Source: a virus (Duplodnaviria; Caudoviricetes). From it: a DNA stretch of 64,000 nt. Shown piece by piece: positions 9,901 to 18,184 of the stretch. The first letter of the stretch is position 1. Every line of letters begins with the position of its first letter. The notes below the pieces were generated by a model that ran no database searches, was not told the origin of the DNA, and saw only the letters and a program-made list of their open reading frames with translations. The stretch is from positions 1-64,000 of the IMG/VR virus record IMGVR_UViG_3300032030_000056. One strand, written 5' to 3'. Both the position numbers and the translations under genes were made by a program.

Positions 9901-10137
9901 AGTAGCAAAGTCTTGGAATGTTGTTCCCATAGCGGCAAATGACTGTTGTATGTCAGTAACACGGGTTCGTGCATCTTGTGCAAACCTATTTAGCGCATTT
10001 TGCATTCTGCCTATGTTTGTTTCAAATTGGGTAGCTGCATTGCTAAGTTTGGTGTCAACTTCGCTTACCAATTTGTTTATCGCACGGTCTAACGCAGAGG
10101 TGTCTAGACCAGCTGATATAATTACAGCTTCTGGCAT
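3907..10137 (-). CDS. Tail tape measure protein
   Basis: 2076 aa, helical; tape-measure domain (ELNAMAIKSPFTLIELGTAAKQLTAY...ADIAAAVGVPMERLVYNLGQIRAQ); hydrophobic segments; follows the tail chaperones. Confidence 0.92.
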   Translation of the reverse strand: MPEAVIISAGLDTSALDRAINKLVSEVDTKLSNAATQFETNIGRMQNALNRFAQDARTRVTDIQQSFAAMGTTFQDFATAMERAARAASSTPTGGGTGGRSGSSGGGYGEDTVGALKESIRSWEVLQNQANIYENELKEINNIIERLKLQLKEVTKGQQKLNEEQLRSHKQSIGQAMRNATSLPMDTISEAERRLSRLKKLIEVPQSFNLLRESDINRINAAIAKTEQQLTKLRAKAAIPTTTNGVLGMSERTLNDISAKMKAINDLRNTLPTNSTEISRLNAEYARLSKTQSEILGKNARLIESNNSLGRAFNYIKNRLAFMLTVGAFTGFVRQLYEVRGQYELLERSLGVLLNSFQRGSQVFQELNAMAIKSPFTLIELGTAAKQLTAYNFKANEVVNTTKRMADIAAAVGVPMERLVYNLGQIRAQTVLTSRDARDFANAGLPIVSSLADMYTKLEGRVVSTGDVFDRMKKKAVSYNDVMSVLNEMTDEGGKFFDFQAKQAGTLKVQLANLNLAWNNMLNSIGESNQKLLSLPITGLKAFFEGWQGISDVIKSTVIALGSYKAIQFVINRLVGVSATQLDYMVKAENRAIVAKYERIKATRALTGAESAEYVTAKVTLASKKAWIAADYELALVEKNLTTNQAMRLVTMNKTNVELHKALINMGLLTEEQKVAALQTKKWTLAWNLFVAGLKGVGTALKSIFMATWPMLLIGAIFEIIFAIQNADAAIKEINKDIIEGAKETADTLKKFATEYDNVRKSLYEYDVKDPTVEIGKRDLPQDEAQKAWETMRTKIEESVSSANTFIAKLEAIEDVNERLRVGFGLVDSLSDAEGKLQKIEEDAIKVSTTTWKGMFGEGLKDDIKDYIESFEVLERQFGSVAEAEKKLSEQPIAVGLGNVLYDIQEVNSEITKVAESMAKTFNSEELNLGMDAQRMAFEQAIQSIAEKQELTAEQTKVLRIKAEHEYYEETKAIYERLLETQTGDARKATEQKLHQLQLEFNTNKSLQETFFQWLSDTRSSETTKMLQNLTKEEIAAGKWMNDKNIGWIKEQAQAFSKEYGTSFDDLYTYVKYANTWKIYIPVYFQTIGQLTDLQKSFKDLGISEQYYKDAESTHELLVQLKKDQKKVAEEIDAVNRAKKGSIKYNDYYLQGLEQQNKSLTDQIHSLQGLTDAEENALKKQNKLNNKKNSAARSAQAKAESELAKALKEELQIIDKVQSAYKSLTKSGASRQKALEISTTGFEKSANAINAIFKKWGLEQFDVKKFAGLNNPRELMDMLQKQLDKLVASGKAKPEEIKELELKIRDLRVEAKKFDLEAITKGLNNELDKIKEEYELSVQLEANPELGGIFADLLGISQEELEELPKDWQGMLNRMQAMIDQTLGKVGFSLIDNLNKANFDEWVNTFGAEMDSGLIKALDNMRQAVNNTRQEETKQIVEEWEKLLEKYAEYESKRSAIAKEAERERAIATKHNAGKEIFDAINKKELQAYAKLDFDEFQKSATWITATGNLSNLADSAIELLIKRITEYKKKAKDLEPKEILKLNKALRQLRKEQMKDNPFKIYSIAAQEAKERAEEYDAEIAELQRQIDSMGLSNKRKEGIVITKEEQDILDKLLEKIAKLKEEKSEAGKIPLIKKIEQVQAYVDLFKQFSDTFKNFADSTNNHELKQVAKAISDVVDVVGSALAGAKTMGGWWGAVIGGVTALIPKILDWVSGNDEINHSIEQSQVAVKRLANAYNVLENAANKAYGAEQYGAKKALILNKQMQLAELERQLMLERSRKSKYRDESAIEDLRGQIADLRNEINNATEDIVNDLLGISSKGDFAEQLVKDMINAFKEGEDYMKVFEDAFEDMVDNMIMKAIVSRLVGDWINSIWDRVNAKVAESDRVKQAEKDLTEAENKLIGFEKLAEESPTYTNLQLRDMWRKKYEDALAAYNAAITPTPEDIAGMRDFFEQGREDFKNNFLAYMDAFGITFGQNAGRADLSALQQGITNISETTAEALEAYMNSVSQQVYYQSDILTQIRDILVNFGGDITIATNAQILFELQQSYQVQMSIQSILQGWSNANGLAVRVELAN

Positions 10138-10198
10138 ATCTTATTTTCTTTTTTTAGTTCGTTTTTATATATTGTTGTTGTTATATTCGTTGTCAAAA

Positions 10199-10543
10199 TT
10201 ACACCACTAAGGTTTCGCCACTACCTAATTTGAATTGCTTGAAGAAATCCTCGTTTTTCTTTTGTGCCTCCAATTCTTCCTTGTACTTGCCCCAAGTAAC
10301 CTTATCACTACCCCTCAAGTATTTAGTATGCGTGTTATCAATTGCCATGAATTGTATTTGTGCGCAACTTAGCTTGAATAAGTAGTCGTTTAAGGTGTAT
10401 TGCGGGAAAGCCCTTATGAAGTCTGCTGCGTCCGCAATGACAGTGCTTCCATAAACTGTGAGGCTGTCTCCGTTGACTTCTTCTTCCTCATCAGCAGAGA
10501 ATCCGTAAGCATATTCACCGATTTTCTGAGCAAAAAAAAACCC
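10199..10543 (-). CDS. -1 frameshift extension of the tail assembly chaperone (gpGT-like)
   Basis: Open -1 frame from the slippery G GGT TTT TTT site (10543-10532) to the stop at 10199. Confidence 0.7.
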   Translation of the reverse strand, partial: GFFFAQKIGEYAYGFSADEEEEVNGDSLTVYGSTVIADAADFIRAFPQYTLNDYLFKLSCAQIQFMAIDNTHTKYLRGSDKVTWGKYKEELEAQKKNEDFFKQFKLGSGETLVV

Positions 10544-10995
10544 GACAAGTCTATACTTTTGATTGCGCCAAGAATGATTGCCGCCCATTGGCCAGTGTCG
10601 AAAGTACTGTTCATCACTTTCATCTTCATGGTTTCAATCAGCTTGTCATTCCTTGTCATGGTTTCATTAACATTGTTGTAGCTTTTCACATCGTCAGGCG
10701 TAAACAAGTGGTTGCACAACACGATTGCCATGATTTCACACATGGAATCTAAGTCAGTGCAAAGTGCGGTGACTAGTTTGTTATCATCGTCAAGAGTTTC
10801 ATCGGCTTGTTTCATGTTTAGAGCCAACTTGCAGATGCGGAACACGGAATAGTACCGCATATTCTTGACCATGTATTCCTTTTCCCCTAATTTTACCAAT
10901 GAGGGGCAGTCGTTGATGATTTCCACTATATTCAACTTTACGTCAATAGGGAAATCTTGCTCGTGTTGTAAATTTGTGTCGTTGTTTTCGTTCAT
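10414..10995 (-). CDS. Tail assembly chaperone (gpG-like)
   Basis: Lies between tail tube and TMP and contains the slippery heptamer. Start placed at MNENN. Confidence 0.75.
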   Translation of the reverse strand: MNENNDTNLQHEQDFPIDVKLNIVEIINDCPSLVKLGEKEYMVKNMRYYSVFRICKLALNMKQADETLDDDNKLVTALCTDLDSMCEIMAIVLCNHLFTPDDVKSYNNVNETMTRNDKLIETMKMKVMNSTFDTGQWAAIILGAIKSIDLSGFFLLRKSVNMLTDSLLMRKKKSTETASQFMEALSLRTQQTS

Positions 10996-11188
10996 CGTGT
11001 GGTTGTTGTTTAGAATACCCCTAAAAGGGCTATAAATGCGTTGTGTTGCGTTTTCGTTAAAATGAAAGGGTGCAATCAAGGGTGAACCCCTCAACGCACC
11101 CTAACACGTTTTTACGAAAACAGGACTTTGTTGTTTTATGAGCCAAATATGTTAGCGTTGCTATCCATTATGTTGGCAATCGGTTTTT

Positions 11189-11698
11189 TTACGAATTTCC
11201 TGTTGATTGGTCGGGGCCGACAATAGCGTAAGTGCGATACTTCTTTTCGCCGTTATCGGTGTACTCGTGCATCAAAGAAGTGATAGTGCAAGCGTAGTTC
11301 AGCGCACCATCCTCATCTTTCTTCAAAGTGCCTACCAACTGACCCTTGTAGATAATCAGTGAATGGAAACCAACACCGAAGTCAAGTTTCCACTCTTTCT
11401 CTACTGATGAAATCTGGGTGGGTGCTTCGTAGGTGTTGCTTGTTACTTTGCCGCCAAACAAGTCCTCTAACTCATCCAAGTCGTAGTTAGCCAACTCAAA
11501 GTTGATGGTTACGGGATTACCCGTGTATTCAATGTAGAAAGGTGAGTCAGAAAACTCTGCATCAATACTAGTGCTTTCGGGCTCATCCTGCGTGATGGTC
11601 AGACCTTTCAATACACCAGCGACATCGGTATAATTACCAGAATTTGCGCCAACTGCACGATAGCCGAGCATCTTCGCTTTCAAAGTGGTTGTTGCCAT
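11189..11698 (-). CDS. Major tail (tube) protein
   Basis: 169 aa; GLTITQDEPESTSIDAEFSDSP...TINFELANYDLDELEDLFGG pattern; canonical position. Confidence 0.75.
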   Translation of the reverse strand: MATTTLKAKMLGYRAVGANSGNYTDVAGVLKGLTITQDEPESTSIDAEFSDSPFYIEYTGNPVTINFELANYDLDELEDLFGGKVTSNTYEAPTQISSVEKEWKLDFGVGFHSLIIYKGQLVGTLKKDEDGALNYACTITSLMHEYTDNGEKKYRTYAIVGPDQSTGNS

Positions 11699-11738
11699 AG
11701 TTGTTTAATCTAAATTTAGAAATTATACTTATTGTTAA

Positions 11739-12164
11739 TTAACTGTTTGTTATATACACTAAAAATGATTTGATAAAAGTAAGGTAGAAATTGTTCGCAT
11801 TTGTTTGTTCGCTTGCGTCCATTGATAACAAGCTGTTTTCCATCACATGATATTTTGCATTGCTTGCGTTTTCTATCACGTTGAGGATGCCGTTTTCAAA
11901 ATGGTTGTACTTATCAAAGTCAAGCCGCCCACGATTTCTCGTAGGAACATAAGCTGTCACATAAACCCTTGCCCATCCATAGGCATCAGTACCGAACTCA
12001 CTATCATTGTTCACATCGCCAATGCGAATGACGATAAAACCGTCTTTCTCATCGCTTGGTGTCAACTCTTGTGGTTCTTCTATTTCATACACATTCGTTG
12101 TTACTACATCGTAGAACAAGCTGCGTAAGTATTCATATAACCTTATTCTTGACTTGTCGAACAT
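11739..12164 (-). CDS. Tail terminator-like protein
   Basis: 141 aa, directly upstream of the tail tube gene. Confidence 0.5.
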   Translation of the reverse strand: MFDKSRIRLYEYLRSLFYDVVTTNVYEIEEPQELTPSDEKDGFIVIRIGDVNNDSEFGTDAYGWARVYVTAYVPTRNRGRLDFDKYNHFENGILNVIENASNAKYHVMENSLLSMDASEQTNANNFYLTFIKSFLVYITNS

Positions 12165-12179
12165 ATTATAATGTTAACT

Positions 12180-12713
12180 TTAGTATGTTGGTATTTCAAT
12201 TAGGAACTGCACCCTGCCTTGTGGTTCAAACTCTTGCTTGATGTGGTCGTAGCGTTCAGCCATTGTTGTAAACTGCACCCTTTGCTTTAGGAATACGTTG
12301 TAATGACCATATTCCCAATAAGCATAGTATGGTGCTGTTGCTGCCCAAACCACTTCCCAACCTCGCATTTGTTTCGGTTGGTATTGGCTTAGAAATAATT
12401 GAGCCAAATACCTGCCGTTAACCGCTTCTTTGGGTGGCATAGGTGAAATGGCATGAAGATATGAATCATAGGTAGCCTCTGGCATTTGGCGGTAATAACC
12501 GCTTCTAATCAACCTACCTTTTTGCCATACACCCCAACAAAGGCTATCAAGCAAGTTGCCAGTGTCTTCCATCATCATCTTGTCACCAATCTTGATGATT
12601 TCTTCACGGGCATAGGCAATCAATATGCGGGTCTGTTCTTTGTCCAATTCCCGCTTTTGAGCCATAAGTTTCTTGCGGAACTCGTTTGGTTTGAACTTTA
12701 GCCTTGTTGCCAT
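12180..12713 (-). CDS. Tail completion / neck protein (HK97 gp10-like)
   Basis: DTGNLLDS and APYYAYWEYG motifs; position. Confidence 0.6.
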   Translation of the reverse strand: MATRLKFKPNEFRKKLMAQKRELDKEQTRILIAYAREEIIKIGDKMMMEDTGNLLDSLCWGVWQKGRLIRSGYYRQMPEATYDSYLHAISPMPPKEAVNGRYLAQLFLSQYQPKQMRGWEVVWAATAPYYAYWEYGHYNVFLKQRVQFTTMAERYDHIKQEFEPQGRVQFLIEIPTY

Positions 12714-12716
12714 TAA

Positions 12717-13052
12717 TTACCAAGTGTTTCTAGCCGCATAAATGCTTACACCACCAATTTGTGATGGGTCTGCATTGTCAACAACTAGGTCAAAAGTCTC
12801 ACCATAACGTGTCAAAGTAATCTTGTCACCTTTCAGTGGCACAATCCATTCATCGTTTTCATTTTTAGTTAAAGGGATGCTAATGATGTACGATGCCGTT
12901 TGTAGGGTTCTACCCTCTTCGTCAGTTACCATGTGTTCATCCATGACACCTTCGTAGATGATTACCTCGTAATCTGCGGTTTCACCCTCAATAACACGCT
13001 TAATCGTGCCATAGTAAGGATATTCAAGTATTTCGCCACGTTTCATCGTCAA
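12717..13052 (-). CDS. Head closure / stopper-like protein
   Basis: 111 aa, beta-rich, with LKGDKITL; position. Confidence 0.5.
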   Translation of the reverse strand: MTMKRGEILEYPYYGTIKRVIEGETADYEVIIYEGVMDEHMVTDEEGRTLQTASYIISIPLTKNENDEWIVPLKGDKITLTRYGETFDLVVDNADPSQIGGVSIYAARNTW

Positions 13053-13073
13053 ACACGAACAAATCTACAATTA

Positions 13074-13454
13074 CTATAAATGTGTGACATCTTCAATCGG
13101 GATGAAATAAATCTTCTTTTTCACGCTTTCAAGGATGTCAGCCTTTTCATCTTCGTATAACTTGTAAATCTTAATTGCGTAAGTGATTTTATCGTCTTGA
13201 TAGTAATCGGTTTCTGCCCCAATTGTTTTTTGGTATCCGTTGTGTGCTTGTTGCAAAGACGATGTACTTGAAGGACTTAATAGTACGGCAGTGAATATGA
13301 TGTCAGCAATCATCAATTGACGTTGCCTTTCGGTAACACCGCCACCATAAACATCGTCTTCGGGTTCACAACCCCTATCGTATGCGATTTTGCGGAATGT
13401 TTCTTCCTCAAACGTATATCGTGTTGATGCTTTAAGCCATTCAAGTACTGTCAT
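13074..13454 (-). CDS. Head-tail adaptor
   Basis: 126 aa, helical, directly after the major capsid gene. Confidence 0.55.
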   Translation of the reverse strand: MTVLEWLKASTRYTFEEETFRKIAYDRGCEPEDDVYGGGVTERQRQLMIADIIFTAVLLSPSSTSSLQQAHNGYQKTIGAETDYYQDDKITYAIKIYKLYEDEKADILESVKKKIYFIPIEDVTHL

Positions 13455-13509
13455 CTATGCGTGGGAATTATGATAAAAACAAAACGAGAAAATCATCATG
13501 CAATATAGA

Positions 13510-14781
13510 TTAAGCGTCTGCGGTTGAGATGTCAACGCAAACGTGATACGGAGCCTCGGTCAATACTGTAGCGTAGCGACCAATAACATCGGTGTGGTAC
13601 GACTTCAACATTCCGTTGGGAACGACCTTGTTGATAACGTAAACCAAGTTGTTCCACTTAGCCATTGACCAATCAATGTTCTTGTTTACTTCGCCACTGC
13701 GCATCAACTCAACATCGGCAGTAGATGCATGAACAACAACACCTGCATAGCCGAGGGGACGCAATACAACAGTATTGGGTTTCCAACCCTTGACGGTGCT
13801 ATAAGTGGTGATGTTCTGAACGGTCTGCTGCTCACGCACGACACGGATAGGAGAAATCTTGGAAATAGTTGAGCGGCTATAAGCTACCAACTGGTCAAGA
13901 GTGATAACCGTAGTGTCGAGGTTAGAAGAACCGCTAGTGATAACGACAACCTTATCAGGAGCCTCAAGGCGGATGTAGCGATTTACCTCTGCAATAAATG
14001 CAGCGTTCTTCAACAGGATGGTAGTTACAATGTCGTAGGGGATATCCCACTCAAATGCCATGCTACCATCAAGTTTGTTCTCCTCCCTAAAGTCTTCCTC
14101 AATCTTACGCATCTGCTCGGGGATATCTGCACTTGCGTTAGACCAAACATAAGTACCTGCGGTCTTGAAGTTTGCAAGAGGGATATAAGCGGGCTGGTCG
14201 GGATGCACACCGCTAAAGCCATTGGTGTACACGGTGTTGCCGTTTCCGTCAGTGTACCTATAGCTATAAGCACCACCATATGAAAGGGTCATAGCAGCCA
14301 TGTTAGAAAGGCGCAGGTTGTGGGTCTTGATAAGGTCACGGAGGCCACGCTGAAGACCGAGAACAACGTCACGGTCAGCAGGAGCCATTTCATTCAATCG
14401 TGCGATAAGTTCCAACTTAGACATCGAGGTGTCGAACAAGCCCTTACCATACTGGTAGATAGAGCCAGTCTTTTCCTCGAAACCTTCGGGTTCAAGCTGC
14501 ATGGTTTCCGACAGAGGTGCCATAGGGTCAGCCATAGGAACAATGCGACGATTGCGCTGACGAACAGTCCAAGCAGGATTTTTCTTGGTGTCAGCCATAT
14601 CAATCTTATACTCGTTACCCTCTACATAGAAATGCTCAGTCCAAAAGTTAGAGTTTTCATCCAACTCAATGGTATCAACGAGGGTTTGGAGCAAACCCGT
14701 ACTATCGGAATCAAACAAGCGGTTATACAGCTTGTCGATTGCCTCTTCGGGTCGCCAAAAATTCTTATAAGCGTTTGCCAT
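13510..14781 (-). CDS. Major capsid protein
   Basis: 423 aa with biased codon usage, in the order scaffold / auxiliary / capsid / adaptor. Confidence 0.8.
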   Translation of the reverse strand: MANAYKNFWRPEEAIDKLYNRLFDSDSTGLLQTLVDTIELDENSNFWTEHFYVEGNEYKIDMADTKKNPAWTVRQRNRRIVPMADPMAPLSETMQLEPEGFEEKTGSIYQYGKGLFDTSMSKLELIARLNEMAPADRDVVLGLQRGLRDLIKTHNLRLSNMAAMTLSYGGAYSYRYTDGNGNTVYTNGFSGVHPDQPAYIPLANFKTAGTYVWSNASADIPEQMRKIEEDFREENKLDGSMAFEWDIPYDIVTTILLKNAAFIAEVNRYIRLEAPDKVVVITSGSSNLDTTVITLDQLVAYSRSTISKISPIRVVREQQTVQNITTYSTVKGWKPNTVVLRPLGYAGVVVHASTADVELMRSGEVNKNIDWSMAKWNNLVYVINKVVPNGMLKSYHTDVIGRYATVLTEAPYHVCVDISTADA

Positions 14782-14810
14782 ATCTTAAAATTGTTCTTTT
14801 TTTAAGGTGA

Positions 14811-15539
14811 TTAAATCCAAAAGATGCCTTCGATAAGTGACTTATTCTTAGCAAGGACATACTTGGGCAGCGGTTGAGTGCGCTGAATCCAAATCTGCTT
14901 GTCGTACACACCAGATGCGGCATACTTGGCATTGTTAAAGCCAAATGAGCCATCGGTAGGAAGCATCTCGCGGTTAGCCTCGTTGAACACGTTGGGGTTC
15001 TTAACAAGAACCTTTGCCGTTGCCGACTTAGACTTGCCCTCTGCTTCAACAAGGATGTCGTTTGCAGAAAGAGTAAGTGCTTGGTCAAGCGTTACCACGA
15101 ACCTGTTGTTTACTGAATCAAACTGGACATCAGTTACCTTTGCAGATTGACCAGTGTATTCGGCTGTGGTGCTAGTGATTGCACCAGTGCTTGTGTTTGC
15201 GGTGCTTGTGGTTACATAGATTGCATCGGGTGCTTTCATAAGCACCTGCCCAACCTCGGGTACATCAGAATAGCCATCACCATTTACATAAACGGTGGTA
15301 TCATTCGACACGTTGTTGGTTACAAGGAAAGAGCGGAAGATAAGCATACCGACTCCAGGCTTGTACTCCATCAACTGACCTGCCCAAAGATAACCAAGAC
15401 CCTTATTGGGGTTAAGGATGTCACCACCGAGCAGTACGTTTCGCCTGTCCTCGCCATTGCTATCCTTTACCCAAATCCAGCGACCGTCACCACGAACTTT
15501 CTTGGTGCGTTCAAAGAAATACGCTAAATTTGTTACCAT
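14811..15539 (-). CDS. Head decoration / auxiliary capsid protein
   Basis: 242 aa, beta-rich, between scaffold and MCP. Confidence 0.5.
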   Translation of the reverse strand: MVTNLAYFFERTKKVRGDGRWIWVKDSNGEDRRNVLLGGDILNPNKGLGYLWAGQLMEYKPGVGMLIFRSFLVTNNVSNDTTVYVNGDGYSDVPEVGQVLMKAPDAIYVTTSTANTSTGAITSTTAEYTGQSAKVTDVQFDSVNNRFVVTLDQALTLSANDILVEAEGKSKSATAKVLVKNPNVFNEANREMLPTDGSFGFNNAKYAASGVYDKQIWIQRTQPLPKYVLAKNKSLIEGIFWI

Positions 15540-15588
15540 AAAAGTGTTGTTTGTTTAATGTTTATTAAATTTATATTTTCTTTGTTTT

Positions 15589-16236
15589 TTAAGCCTTTAG
15601 CTTTGGCAAGGAGCGCAGTGATTCGATTTCATTTGTAGTTGTCTGCTTCGGTTTCAAAGGCTTTGTATCGCCAATTGCGACCTTAAAGATAGCTTGAAAT
15701 CGTTGTGTCAATTTCTTTGCTTGCCCCTCGCTCGATTCGTTAGTATCAACCGCAAAATCGCTGGCATATTCTTCCAACGAACTATGCAAATCCTCTCTAA
15801 CGCTTTTTTTTGCCAATGCCAATATCTCGTTGAATTTTTCTTTTCGTTTTGCATCGCTTTCAAATTGTTCAAGACGTGCTAATTTTTCTTTCAACTCTTC
15901 GGAAATTTCCATTTGTTGTTTAGTGGCTTCTTCCGATTGCTTGGCTTTGGAAACCTTCTTGTTTAATTTCTCGATTTGGGCTTTCAAATCATCAACCTCT
16001 GCTTGGTGCGCCTTTTGCTTGTCGGTCAACCCTCGTGATGTAGCACTGAATGCCGTGTTTAGGTTAAACTTCAAATCATCAAGCACATTTTCGTCGTTGA
16101 TGTCGGCTTCTTCGCCATGTTTCTTCAAAAAGAAATCGGCAAATTTGTCCTTGAACTCGCCCGTTAATGTTTCCTCGCTGTAGCTTTTCTCGTTACAGTA
16201 TTCATTTGCTTTCTGCAAAATTTCTTCTTTGTTCAT
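15589..16236 (-). CDS. Capsid scaffolding protein
   Basis: 215 aa charged coiled coil; first gene of the left arm. Confidence 0.6.
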   Translation of the reverse strand: MNKEEILQKANEYCNEKSYSEETLTGEFKDKFADFFLKKHGEEADINDENVLDDLKFNLNTAFSATSRGLTDKQKAHQAEVDDLKAQIEKLNKKVSKAKQSEEATKQQMEISEELKEKLARLEQFESDAKRKEKFNEILALAKKSVREDLHSSLEEYASDFAVDTNESSEGQAKKLTQRFQAIFKVAIGDTKPLKPKQTTTNEIESLRSLPKLKA

Positions 16237-16270
16237 AGTTTTCTACTATTAATTAAACAATTAGTGTATG

Positions 16271-16392
16271 CAAAATTACAAAGCACTAGTTGTAGTTTCA
16301 AATGCTTATTTTGTTTTTTACTTAATAATGTGAGAAATCAATGTAAAAAACAATAAAATGGTGACTTAATATATAACAAGTTAGTAATTTTG
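16271..16392. promoter_or_regulatory. Back-to-back virion-gene promoters with a central inverted repeat
   Basis: Minus-strand TAATTTTG (16278-16271) with TTTG at 16302-16299; plus-strand TAATTTTG (16385-16392); 11-bp inverted repeat 16311-16321/16343-16353. Confidence 0.65.
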
Positions 16393-16401
16393 TGTTGTAA
16401 T

Positions 16402-18180
16402 ATGGGCAAAAAGAAAAAAGACATAGTGTTATCACCACTAGAGGATGGCAATCAAAAGTTTGCCATCCGTTCTAATGCCGACATCGTTTGCTTTACTGGC
16501 AATACTGGTGGCGGCAAAAGCTATGCCTTATACTATGCACCCATAGAGTACCTTGCCATGAATGACAATGCCAAAATCGTTTGCTTTATGCGTAACGTGA
16601 GCGATTTTTGGGGTGCTGGCAAGGTAAATGACACGTTGAAAAAGATGTACCCGTTGATTGACCGAAGTGTCAAGAAACAACCGCATGACCCGATTGGTGA
16701 GATTATCCGCAACCAAACCGACATGGGCATGAAATTGTACAACGGCAGTGAAATCAAGTTTCAACAGCTTGACAATGAGAACCCGATTGTGATTGATAAA
16801 ATCGCAAAGGGTCTGCAAGCGAAAAAGTTGATTTTTGATGAGTGCAACAAGTTTGAATGGCGCACAATTACTGCGTTTTTTCCTCGTCTTCGTTCTGATA
16901 GTTCGGGCAAGGCTCAAATTTTCCTTGCCCAAAACCCTGAACGTGAATGTTTCTTGCGCAAGTTGTGCGGCAAGGGCGAACACGGAGGAGGTTGGATTAA
17001 CGATGATGGAAGCGTTGACAAGTCTATGGATGGTGTGGTAATGTTTTTCCACATGGTTGAGGGTAGCACCGACAAGGCTTATTTTGGTAGGACAAAGCGT
17101 GAAGTGTACGAAAAATGCAAGGAACACATTGACGCTTTGATTGCCGTTGACCCCGATATGTCGTATGAGGATTTCATCTTGTCTATGGTATTCTACACGT
17201 TTGACGTAAGGGATAACAAGAAGATGCTTTCCAAGAACAAATCCTATCGTGGTCTTGCAGCAAATTCATCTACCGCAAAATCATCGTATGCCGCCAATTG
17301 GAACTATTCGTTAACCGATGAACAAACGGATATTGACGAGTTGTCAAACGTACAATTGACAACAACCGACATTGAACGTATGTTCAGACCTATTGATATT
17401 CCGCAAACAAGCGAACTAATGAGGCGGTTAATGACTGTTGACATGGCTACTACTGGTTTTGATAACTTGGTGATGAAATATTGGGAATTGTGGTCTGGTT
17501 TTGGTTGGATTTGCCGTGACATTGATTTTTGCGAAAAGAACACCCCGCGTGAGGCTGTTATACGCATAAACCAGTTTCGTGACAAGCATGATTTGGTTGA
17601 AAAGAACTCAATGATTCTTGATGTTCAAGGTTTCGGCTTTTTGCGTGATTGTTACCCACGACAAATCTACTTTTCGGGTGCTTCCCAACCGTCACAAAGA
17701 GGCAAGACGTTATACACGGCTTTCAAAGACGAATCAGCTCACTTGGCAATGGAAATGATTACTGCTGGGCTGATACATTACGAACCTCGTCTTGCCAATA
17801 TGCGCTACACGCACCAAAACATGAAACGGATTGGTGCGACTACTATATTGCGGCATTTGAAATTTGAGAGCGTTATTTTCCAATTCCACCGCACACCTAA
17901 TGGCCGTTTGGTTGTGTTGGAGAAAGAAAAGCAAAAGACGTTCTTGAAAGGAATGTCGCCCGACCTTACCGATAACATCATCATGCTATGCGGAGGCACT
18001 TGTTATGATTGCTACCGCATATTGCGTGATGATGCAGGTATGTCGAAAAAACGCATGGAGGATAACGATATGTTGTCTTTTCTTGGTGCAGATATGCCCA
18101 ATCAAATTGGCGATGGGATAAGGACAAGAAAGCGGATTAGGAACGCTGATGAAATTTTGGAAGTATTAAGCATGATTTAG
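16402..18180 (+). CDS. terL: Terminase large subunit
   Basis: Walker A GNTGGGKS, Walker B LIFDE, coupling motif AQNP, nuclease TVDMA and SPDLTD. Confidence 0.92.
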   Translation: MGKKKKDIVLSPLEDGNQKFAIRSNADIVCFTGNTGGGKSYALYYAPIEYLAMNDNAKIVCFMRNVSDFWGAGKVNDTLKKMYPLIDRSVKKQPHDPIGEIIRNQTDMGMKLYNGSEIKFQQLDNENPIVIDKIAKGLQAKKLIFDECNKFEWRTITAFFPRLRSDSSGKAQIFLAQNPERECFLRKLCGKGEHGGGWINDDGSVDKSMDGVVMFFHMVEGSTDKAYFGRTKREVYEKCKEHIDALIAVDPDMSYEDFILSMVFYTFDVRDNKKMLSKNKSYRGLAANSSTAKSSYAANWNYSLTDEQTDIDELSNVQLTTTDIERMFRPIDIPQTSELMRRLMTVDMATTGFDNLVMKYWELWSGFGWICRDIDFCEKNTPREAVIRINQFRDKHDLVEKNSMILDVQGFGFLRDCYPRQIYFSGASQPSQRGKTLYTAFKDESAHLAMEMITAGLIHYEPRLANMRYTHQNMKRIGATTILRHLKFESVIFQFHRTPNGRLVVLEKEKQKTFLKGMSPDLTDNIIMLCGGTCYDCYRILRDDAGMSKKRMEDNDMLSFLGADMPNQIGDGIRTRKRIRNADEILEVLSMI

Positions 18181-18184
18181 TAAA

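Noticed and set aside
4124-10210. Many plus-strand ORFs opposite the TMP, and similar antisense ORFs elsewhere
   Set aside because: They are shadow frames of long coding genes, with Ser/Leu/Phe-rich translations and no motifs.
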